From an uncultured Ignavibacteria bacterium (lineage in GTDB: Bacteria; Zixibacteria; MSB-5A5; SM1-73): a stretch of 43,527 bases of DNA. Positions 1-6,707 of this stretch are shown piece after piece; the stretch's first letter is position 1, and each line of letters begins with the position of its first letter. The stretch lies in assembly GCA_964631815.1 (NCBI GenBank), contig CAZWAO010000002.1:1-43527 (forward strand), written 5' to 3'. The notes below the pieces were generated by a model that saw nothing but the letters and a program-made list of their open reading frames with translations, was not told the DNA's origin and did not search any database. Made by a program: the position numbers and the translations under genes.

Positions 1-73
1 TGTGAACCGTATGGTTCACACCAAGGAAGGGGAAAAAGGTAAACCCCAACCTCTCCCCTATCCCAAAAACATC

Positions 74-102
74 TTGACTTCACCAGAGGAAGACAATAAG
101 TT
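74..102 (+). promoter_or_regulatory. candidate sigma-70-type promoter (TTGACT-N17-TAAGTT) for the OmpA-like gene
   Basis: TTGACT at 74-79, a 17-nt spacer, then TAAGTT at 97-102. It lies about 155 nt upstream of ATG 259. The -10 element is weak. Confidence 0.25.
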
Positions 103-258
103 CCTTATCATGCGTAGTTTCGATCACCCTGGTTGATCCGACCGCAAAACCCAATTAGTCTCTGCGGTCGGCCGGACTTGGTGTGGTGAAACGCGAAACG
201 AGTTGTACTCAGAATGTGATTCGTCTATTTCTTCAAACGCTATAGCCTGGAGGTGGCA

Positions 259-1479
259 ATGAAATCGGTGTGGCGGATCAGTGTGATGCTGCTTTTGGCA
301 GTCGTGATGATTGCAGCAGCCATATCGGTACAAGCAGGGATACTCGACAAAGCCAAAAAGAAGGCCCAAGAAGCGGCGGAAAAGAAAGCCGAAGAAAAAG
401 TGGATCAAGCTATTGAGGGTGAGGAAGAGACAAAGACGGAAGAGGAACAGCAACCTGAGGCTTCGGCCACAGCTTCCAGCCAGGGAGAGACCAAATCCGA
501 TTCCGGAGCCGTGGCCGAGGACATGACCCTCTATACCAAGTACGACTTCGTCCCTGGTGATAAGGTCATCTTTTACGATGACATGAGCGGAGACGAGGTA
601 GGCGAATTTCCTCTTCGCTGGAAACTTGACCGAGGTGTCTATGAAGTAGTGAAGCTGGGAACCGGTTTCTGGATCATGTGCACCGATAATGGGTCCGTCC
701 GACCCAAAATGCCGGATGCACCTCTGCCACCCATGTATACCGTGGAAATGGAGTTTTACGACAACGGACCGGAGTATTCAGGAAACTACTTCTACATCCA
801 TTGGGTGGACAACGAAGGCGATAATATCGGTGAGTTTCTCATGTATGCCAACGACGATACCTACCTGGCTTTGAACAACAAGAGCTTAGCCGACAAAACA
901 TTGCCCAAGAAGCTCACCAAGGGTGTGCACACTATGCGCATCATGGCCACCAAGTCCTCCATCAAATGTTATGTGGATGAGGTGCGAGTGGCAAATGTGC
1001 CGAAAGTAGAGAACTTCAATCCGGTCGGTTTCCGTGTGCGGCACCGGCCTTACAACGACCCCGGCAATCCCACTCTGTTCCGGGGATTCCGTTTTGCCGA
1101 GGGCGGCAAGAGCATGCGGGAGCAGTTGGATGAGACCGGAAAAATCGTTACCCACGGCATCCTGTTCGACGTCAACTCGGCCAAGATCAAAGGTGAATCG
1201 TACAAGACGCTCAAGGATATCGGCCAGCTTCTGCAGGAAGACCCTCAGCTTCGATTGTCCATCGAAGGACATACCGACAGCGACGGAACCGACGAGCACA
1301 ACATGACCTTATCCCAGGACAGAGCCAATTCAGTGCGGGACTATCTGATATCGACCTATAAGCTTGACGCGGGCCGACTGGAAGCCAAAGGCTGGGGCGA
1401 GTCCAAGCCCATAGACTCAAACGAGACTGCCGAGGGAAAAGCCAACAACCGGCGGGTTGAGTTGATTAAGCTGCAGTAG
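259..1479 (+). CDS. OmpA/MotB-domain envelope protein with signal peptide
   Basis: ORF 253..1479; GGAGG at 249-253 sits 5 nt before ATG 259. It has an N-terminal hydrophobic signal (VMLLLAVVMIAAAISVQA), a Lys/Glu-rich linker and a central beta-rich domain of unknown family. The C-terminus is an OmpA-like peptidoglycan-binding block (GHTDSDGTDEHNMTLSQDRANSVRDYL...NRRVEL). Confidence 0.85.
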   Translation: MKSVWRISVMLLLAVVMIAAAISVQAGILDKAKKKAQEAAEKKAEEKVDQAIEGEEETKTEEEQQPEASATASSQGETKSDSGAVAEDMTLYTKYDFVPGDKVIFYDDMSGDEVGEFPLRWKLDRGVYEVVKLGTGFWIMCTDNGSVRPKMPDAPLPPMYTVEMEFYDNGPEYSGNYFYIHWVDNEGDNIGEFLMYANDDTYLALNNKSLADKTLPKKLTKGVHTMRIMATKSSIKCYVDEVRVANVPKVENFNPVGFRVRHRPYNDPGNPTLFRGFRFAEGGKSMREQLDETGKIVTHGILFDVNSAKIKGESYKTLKDIGQLLQEDPQLRLSIEGHTDSDGTDEHNMTLSQDRANSVRDYLISTYKLDAGRLEAKGWGESKPIDSNETAEGKANNRRVELIKLQ

Positions 1480-1509
1480 CCCGACCTGGATACATACAGG
1501 CATCGGGTA

Positions 1510-1540
1510 GGGGCGGAGTTTGATTCCGCCCCCTGCTTTT
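1510..1540 (+). terminator. intrinsic terminator after the OmpA-like gene
   Basis: GGGGCGGA (1510-1517) pairs with TCCGCCCC (1525-1532) to give an 8-bp GC stem with a 7-nt loop. It is followed by CTGCTTTT. Confidence 0.55.
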
Positions 1541-1556
1541 GGATGGAGAGCTCATA

Positions 1557-2489
1557 GTGAGACGAGACAAGGATCGAATCGACTGGTCCGACAAATGCTG
1601 GAAGGAGATGCTGGTTTACCAGCGAAAATCCCTGTGGCTGGAAGACACGCTGGACAGGCTGGCGGTATGGCTGGGTTTGAAACCCGGAATGACCGCGGTG
1701 GACGTGGGCTGTGGATTGGGCTATCTGGGTTATACCTACTGGCCCTATTTCGGCAAGGGCGGACGATACTTCGGCGTGGATATATCGCCGGAGTTGGTGA
1801 AGGACGCCCGAAGGGCAGCCCGGGATTGGGCCAAGGAGGGAGAAACTCATTTTGGAGTCGGCGACGCATACAAACTGCCCTTTCCCGACGATTTCGCTGA
1901 TCTGGTCATGTGCCACATCCTGTTGATACACCTGGAAAAACCGGAGCAGGCTCTGGCAGAGATGATCCGCGTGGCCAAATCAGGCGGGCTTGTCATGTGC
2001 CAGGAACCTGACAACGTTTCCACCATGATCACCATCCCCTATCCTTCCCTGCCGGAACTGCAGATAGAAGAACAGTTGTTGATCACGAAAATAGCCATAA
2101 TCTACAACAAGGGTCGAATCAAACTGGGATTGGGCGACTGGAGCATCGGCAGAAAGATACCCCGGATGATGAAAGAGCTGAGTCTCACCGATATCGCCGT
2201 GCGGATCAATGACCGGGCTTATTACATAGAGCCGCCCTACGAAGGCCCGCTCCAGCAGTACCATCTGGATCACGTAAAAAAACAGTGGTTGGATCAAAAG
2301 CGCCACAAGATACGGATAGACCGGTTAAAAGAGGGTTTTTTGGCGGGCGGTGGCGACCCCGAGGATTTTGAACGTTACCAGGCCCTGGACGATAGAATTA
2401 TGTCGATGATTCGGCGACAGGTCAAGGATGGCAAGTTCCACCAGTGCGGCTCAGGGGACATCTATGTGGTCAGGGGAAGAAAGCCGTAG
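1557..2489 (+). CDS. class I SAM-dependent methyltransferase (paralogue 1)
   Basis: ORF 1539..2489 carries SAM-binding motif I (VDVGCGLGYLG) and the acidic/post-I motifs of the Rossmann methyltransferase fold. I prefer the GTG start at 1557, which has GGAG at 1546-1549. That start gives MRRDKDRIDW, aligning residue for residue with the paralogue's MSQDKKRIDW, and it leaves the 1510-1540 terminator outside the CDS. Confidence 0.8.
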   Translation: MRRDKDRIDWSDKCWKEMLVYQRKSLWLEDTLDRLAVWLGLKPGMTAVDVGCGLGYLGYTYWPYFGKGGRYFGVDISPELVKDARRAARDWAKEGETHFGVGDAYKLPFPDDFADLVMCHILLIHLEKPEQALAEMIRVAKSGGLVMCQEPDNVSTMITIPYPSLPELQIEEQLLITKIAIIYNKGRIKLGLGDWSIGRKIPRMMKELSLTDIAVRINDRAYYIEPPYEGPLQQYHLDHVKKQWLDQKRHKIRIDRLKEGFLAGGGDPEDFERYQALDDRIMSMIRRQVKDGKFHQCGSGDIYVVRGRKP

Positions 2490-2599
2490 AAAGCGCGAGT
2501 CCGAAGATTCGCGTCCAAGCCGAGGAGCTATCGCACAGAGCTTGGTCATAGGTGATGACTTAGGCTTAACGGTTCTTGCGTTTCGGCAAGGAGGATGCC

Positions 2600-3535
2600 A
2601 TGAGTCAGGATAAGAAGCGAATAGACTGGTCCGAGAAGTGCTGGAGGGAAATGCTGGTCTACCAGCGCAAGACCTTGTGGCTGGAGGGCACGTTGGACAG
2701 GCTGGCAGCATGGCTGGGTTTGAAACCACGAATGACCGCGGTGGACGTGGGATGTGGATTGGGTTATCTGGGTTATACCTTCTGGCCTTATTTCGGCAAA
2801 GGCGGGCAATACATCGGCATTGACGCGTCGGAGAAACTGGTGAAACAAGCGCAGAAAGCGGCCAAACACTGGGCCAAGAGCGGTCAGGCCTCATTCAGAG
2901 TCGGAGACGCCTACCAGCTTCCGCTGGAGGACGACTTTGCCGACCTAGTCATGTGCCAGGCTTTGCTCATTCACTTGCAGCATCCGGAGAAAGCCCTCAA
3001 GGAGATGATCCGCATAGCTAAACCCGGCGGTCTGATAATGTGCCATGAGCCGGACAGCCTTTCGGTGCTTCTGGAAAACTGGTACCGCTCCCTTCCGGAG
3101 CTTGACATCGACGAACAGCTGCTGATCTCCAAAGTGGCCCTGGTGAGCAACAAAGGGAGGATCAAACTGGGACAAGGCGACGGCAGCTTCGGCAACAAAC
3201 TCCCCATCCTGATGGGCAAACTGGGTCTTGAGGAGATCGACATCCGACAAAGCGACGCCGTTTTCTATGTTCAACCGCCCTATCGCGGACCGCGCCAGAA
3301 AGACCTTTTGGACAACGTTAAGAAGCAGTGGCTGAATAAAGAAAGACGCAGGGCCTGGATGGCTCGCGAAAGGGGGTTCTTCCTGGCCGGCGGCGGCAAC
3401 CCGGATGAGTATCGGCGCTATCGACGAATCCAGGACAGATCCACAAGAGCATTCCAGAGGCAGGTAGAGAGAAAAGAGTATTCCGCTTGCGGCGCAGGCC
3501 ACGTGTACGTTTCCAAGGGACGCAAGCCAAAGTAG
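2600..3535 (+). CDS. class I SAM-dependent methyltransferase (paralogue 2, tandem duplicate)
   Basis: ORF 2576..3535. AAGGAGG at 2588-2594 sits 5 nt before ATG 2600. It has the same VDVGCGLGYLG motif and is colinear with the upstream gene over its full length. Confidence 0.8.
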   Translation: MSQDKKRIDWSEKCWREMLVYQRKTLWLEGTLDRLAAWLGLKPRMTAVDVGCGLGYLGYTFWPYFGKGGQYIGIDASEKLVKQAQKAAKHWAKSGQASFRVGDAYQLPLEDDFADLVMCQALLIHLQHPEKALKEMIRIAKPGGLIMCHEPDSLSVLLENWYRSLPELDIDEQLLISKVALVSNKGRIKLGQGDGSFGNKLPILMGKLGLEEIDIRQSDAVFYVQPPYRGPRQKDLLDNVKKQWLNKERRRAWMARERGFFLAGGGNPDEYRRYRRIQDRSTRAFQRQVERKEYSACGAGHVYVSKGRKPK

Positions 3536-3560
3536 ACACAAAGTCCCGGTTCATTTCATC

Positions 3561-3585
3561 TACACCGTCCCCAGGTGTATTTTTT
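3561..3585 (+). terminator. intrinsic terminator after methyltransferase 2
   Basis: TACACC (3561-3566) pairs with GGTGTA (3574-3579) around a 7-nt loop. A run of six T follows directly (3580-3585). Confidence 0.6.
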
Positions 3586-3587
3586 CC

Positions 3588-3616
3588 TTGATTTTCATAG
3601 CGGCTTCACATATGCT
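3588..3616 (+). promoter_or_regulatory. candidate sigma-70-type promoter for the GYD gene
   Basis: TTGATT at 3588-3593, a 17-nt spacer, then TATGCT at 3611-3616. Confidence 0.3.
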
Positions 3617-3732
3617 TCCATTATCCGGACTGACGACGGGGATCGTCGGTGCCCATATATGGTTTAGAAAACCGAATCTGGGGCGTTCTATCGAGTTCTC
3701 GGCTCGCTGCCGGAGAAAACAGGGAGGTTAGG

Positions 3733-4068
3733 ATGAAAACGTTCGTTTTGGTTACCAAGCTTGCGCCTCGGGACGCGCAATTGACCGAAATCGGCGCCAA
3801 GCTGGCCGATCGTTCCAGAACCGGCCGGGCCTGGCTTAATCAGATCAGCCAAAAATGCCCGGAGGTCAAGTTTCTGGCTCACTACGCTCTTATGGGCTAC
3901 TGGGACTCCATGCATATCTATGAGGCTCCGGACGAAGAGAGCGCAGCCAAGGTGTCCTTGTTGACCCGTCCTTATGCGGCGCAGGTGGAAAGCTGGCTGG
4001 CTTTGCCCTATGAGAAGCTCATCAAGATGAGCGAGGAGATGGGCGGAGAGGAAGCGGAGAAGAAGTAA
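3733..4068 (+). CDS. GYD-domain protein (small alpha/beta protein of unknown function)
   Basis: ORF 3649..4068. GGGAGG at 3722-3727 sits 5 nt before the internal ATG at 3733. The product is about 110 aa and shows the GYD-family pattern (LMGYWDSMHIYEAPDEESAAKVSL). Confidence 0.6.
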   Translation: MKTFVLVTKLAPRDAQLTEIGAKLADRSRTGRAWLNQISQKCPEVKFLAHYALMGYWDSMHIYEAPDEESAAKVSLLTRPYAAQVESWLALPYEKLIKMSEEMGGEEAEKK

Positions 4069-4208
4069 CAACAGGCGAGCGGACGGGGCACGAGCGATTG
4101 GCAAAACCAATCATATGCTGACCTTTGTCGGAGTTTTCATTTTACAACCTGAGCTTCTTGGTTAATTCGGTCTTTCCAGCTTGGAGTCGCCGTTTCCCCA
4201 AAAATCGC

Positions 4209-4237
4209 TTGACACGATACGAACTGTCCGTTATCCT
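4209..4237 (+). promoter_or_regulatory. candidate sigma-70 promoter for the lipoprotein pair
   Basis: A perfect TTGACA at 4209-4214, a 17-nt spacer, then TATCCT at 4232-4237. It lies 87 nt upstream of ATG 4324. Confidence 0.42.
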
Positions 4238-4323
4238 CCCACTCGAAATACCTAGAACCTCCGGCGGCAATTGCCGTACTGATATGCTGATAGAATCATA
4301 AATCATTGTGGAAAGGAGAATAG

Positions 4324-4920
4324 ATGAAGAAGTTATTGGTGCCGGCACTGGCATTCTGTTTGGTTCTGGCCTGCGGATCATCCAGAAAGGTCTATCGGAT
4401 CGAGCCTGATACCCAAACCGATCTTTCCGGCAAGTGGAACGACACCGACGCCCGTCTGGTGGCCGAGGAGATGATCTCCGATTGTCTTTCCCGGGTGTGG
4501 CTGACCGATTTCGCTGCTGCCATGGGACGCAAGCCCGTGGTGACCGTAGGAACCATCCAGAACCGGAGCGACGAACACATAGACACCGAGACTTTTACCT
4601 CGGACTTCGAGAGGGAGCTGACCAATTCCGGGCAGGTCAAGTTCGTGGCCAGCCCGGAGCAGAGAGAGGAGATTCGGGACGAGAGGATGGATCAGTCGGA
4701 GTGGGCTTCTCCCGAAACCATTAAGCGCATCCGGGCGGAAACCGGAGCGGACTTCATGCTGGTGGGAGGCATCAAGTCGATCACCGATCAGGCCGAGGGC
4801 GTGAAGGTGGTTTACTATCAGACCGATCTGCAGTTAATCAACATAGAGAACATGGAAAAGGCCTGGATCGGCACCAAGAAGATCAAAAAAGAGATATCCA
4901 AGAGCAAGACTAAGTGGTAA
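4324..4920 (+). CDS. LpoB-like (penicillin-binding-protein activator family) lipoprotein
   Basis: AGGAG at 4314-4318 precedes the start. The lipobox is LVLAC-GSS. The body matches the LpoB/COG3417 pattern (VTVGTIQNRSDEHIDTETFTSDFERELTNSGQVKFVA ... ADFMLVGGIKSI). Confidence 0.6.
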   Translation: MKKLLVPALAFCLVLACGSSRKVYRIEPDTQTDLSGKWNDTDARLVAEEMISDCLSRVWLTDFAAAMGRKPVVTVGTIQNRSDEHIDTETFTSDFERELTNSGQVKFVASPEQREEIRDERMDQSEWASPETIKRIRAETGADFMLVGGIKSITDQAEGVKVVYYQTDLQLINIENMEKAWIGTKKIKKEISKSKTKW

Positions 4921-6332
4921 TATCCCATCACCTGAAATCCTCAGGCACAAAAGCGGCGCTGTCTGCGCTGCTGCTGTGCCTGTTTCTTATCGCCGGCTGC
5001 GGCTCGGTGGCCACCAGGAAAGGATTCTATGAGCCCATCGCCGTCGATCTGAGAAGGAACGATTTCGACGCGGCCGTGGCCAAGATCGAAAAGGCCAAAT
5101 CGGAAGGAAAGTACGGCAAGAAAGACCGCTTCCTTTACTGGCTGGACTCCGGCCTGGCCTACCACTACGCTTCCCGTTTTCAAGAGAGCAATCAGAGACT
5201 CACCGATGCGGAGGATGCCGCGGATGAGCTTTTCACCAAAAGCATCTCCCGGGCCTCTGCCTCGCTGCTTTTGAACGATAACGTTCTGGAGTACGCAGGC
5301 GAGGACTATGAGGTGCTCTACACCAACCTGATAAAGGCTCTGAACTATGTGGCTTTCGATGACTTCGACGATGTCTTCGTGGAGATCAAACGAGCCAACG
5401 AAAAGCTGGATCTTCTGGAGCAGAAGTACCGCAAAGCGGCCGAGGAGTTCTCCCAAAACTCACAAGCAGACGACCAGGAAGTGAAGATCGACTATGACGT
5501 CAAGAAGGTCAGGTTCAACAACGATGCTTTTGCCCGCTATCTGAGCATGCACGCATACGCCGCCGAAGGCAAACTGGACGATGCCAGAATCGACTACGAC
5601 CTGCTGCATCGAGCCTTTCGCGAGCAGCCTTACGTCTATGATTTTAACGTTCCCGACGTGAAATATCATTCGCCGGACAAGGCCGTGCTGAGCATAGTCG
5701 GGCTGGCCGGCCTATCTCCGGTGAAAGAAGCTTTGGAACTGCGTATCCGAACGGACAAGGATCTGGATTTGGTCCAGGTCCTTTACACCGATCCTCAAAC
5801 CGGGGAATCCGAATACGGCCATCTTCCCATGCCGGTGTCCGAGGATTATTACTTCGACTTTTCCATCCCACAGATCGTTTCCCGGCCTTCGCTCATCAGC
5901 CAAATCAGGGTGATGTCCAACGGTGAGGCCATCGGTGAATTGCAGCTTTTGGAGGACGTGGGGGCGGTAGCCAAGGAGACCTTCGGGGCCAAGAAATCTC
6001 TGGTTTACCTGCGAACCTTGGCTCGCGCGATTGCCAAGGGCTTGGCGGCGCATAAGGCCAAGGAGAAAGTAGATACCGGAGGGCTGGGAGGATGGCTGAA
6101 GAAGGCGGCGGTGGATGTGGCCACCGACATTTCCGAGAATGCCGATCTCCGCTGTTCGCGTCTGCTTCCGGGGAAAATCTACGTAGGCGATTTCGAGATC
6201 GAGCCGGGGGTTTATGATCTGACCATTGAATTCTTAGACGAGAACGGGGATTTGGTCGGCGCTACGGACGTCTCCGGCTACCAGGTATTGAACAAGGGCC
6301 TGAACTTAGTGGAAGCCTTCTGCCTCAATTAG
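4914..6332 (+). CDS. lipoprotein of unknown function (COG3014-like helical-repeat N-terminus)
   Basis: The GTG start overlaps the preceding stop (GTGGTAA). The lipobox is FLIAGC-GS. It sits immediately downstream of the LpoB-like gene, the usual partner arrangement. No catalytic motif was recognised. Confidence 0.55.
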   Translation: MVISHHLKSSGTKAALSALLLCLFLIAGCGSVATRKGFYEPIAVDLRRNDFDAAVAKIEKAKSEGKYGKKDRFLYWLDSGLAYHYASRFQESNQRLTDAEDAADELFTKSISRASASLLLNDNVLEYAGEDYEVLYTNLIKALNYVAFDDFDDVFVEIKRANEKLDLLEQKYRKAAEEFSQNSQADDQEVKIDYDVKKVRFNNDAFARYLSMHAYAAEGKLDDARIDYDLLHRAFREQPYVYDFNVPDVKYHSPDKAVLSIVGLAGLSPVKEALELRIRTDKDLDLVQVLYTDPQTGESEYGHLPMPVSEDYYFDFSIPQIVSRPSLISQIRVMSNGEAIGELQLLEDVGAVAKETFGAKKSLVYLRTLARAIAKGLAAHKAKEKVDTGGLGGWLKKAAVDVATDISENADLRCSRLLPGKIYVGDFEIEPGVYDLTIEFLDENGDLVGATDVSGYQVLNKGLNLVEAFCLN

Positions 6333-6389
6333 TCCGACCTGCCTGGTTTTTTTTACAACCCGATCTACCGGACCTCAGCACATCATGAA

Positions 6390-6653
6390 TTATGGGGACT
6401 CGTCCTGATCGTCGAGTGTCGTCTCCGGCACATCATCTGTGCGGGCGTCTTTCTTCTGCTTTTCTTCTTCCCCGTCCATCACATATTCGATGGCATCCTG
6501 CTTGTCTTCGTTCAGCCAGTCGTGCACCACCGTCTGGCTGGTGAAGCTGCCTCTTCTGACGCCCTTGAACCATCCCCTGGCCCAGGCATAGATGATAAAG
6601 ACCAGACCGCCGATGAGCAGCAGAAGAGGTACTATCCTGAAATCGGTATCCAA
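6390..6653 (-). CDS. small single-pass membrane protein with acidic C-terminal tail
   Basis: An 87-aa ORF lying 54 nt downstream of the M28 peptidase gene on the same strand. It has one clear TM helix (IVPLLLLIGGLVFIIYAWA) and a Glu/Asp-rich tail. The start is TTG and the RBS is weak. Confidence 0.45.
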   Translation of the reverse strand: MDTDFRIVPLLLLIGGLVFIIYAWARGWFKGVRRGSFTSQTVVHDWLNEDKQDAIEYVMDGEEEKQKKDARTDDVPETTLDDQDESP

Positions 6654-6707
6654 ACGCTTCGCCTGCCTTCCTGAGGAAACGGTGCTACGCCATCTTACCG
6701 CAGAATC

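Noticed and set aside
1-20. The palindrome TGTGAACC-GTAT-GGTTCACA at the window edge, which resembles a CRP/FNR-type TGTGA...TCACA site.
   Set aside because: The TGTGA and TCACA arms are 10 nt apart rather than 6. It is more likely a simple hairpin, perhaps the terminator of the gene to the left. It is truncated by the window edge, so its context is unknown.
124-453. 109-aa ORF on the minus strand overlapping the start of the OmpA-like gene.
   Set aside because: It is the mirror image of the Lys/Glu-rich linker, giving a Phe/Leu-rich artefact. It has no RBS and overlaps a well-supported gene.
3629-3649. ACTGACGA-N7-TCGTCG upstream of the GYD gene, sharing the TGACGA half-site of the enhancer-like sites.
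   Set aside because: The arms are in the opposite order with different spacing. No -24/-12 element lies downstream before 3733. A single hexamer match is expected by chance at this window size.
3649-3732. N-terminal extensions of track ORFs: 3649 for the GYD gene, 2576 for methyltransferase 2, 1539 for methyltransferase 1, 31299 for the LRR gene, 37329 for dusB and 9665 for M28.
   Set aside because: In each case an internal start has a properly spaced Shine-Dalgarno sequence and/or matches the family or paralogue N-terminus. The extension also removes the signal peptide from the N-terminus or overlaps a terminator.
6333-6389. A T8 run (6346-6353) between the convergent genes, considered as a bidirectional terminator.
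   Set aside because: I could not find a convincing GC-rich stem immediately upstream of the T-run on either strand, so it was not annotated.
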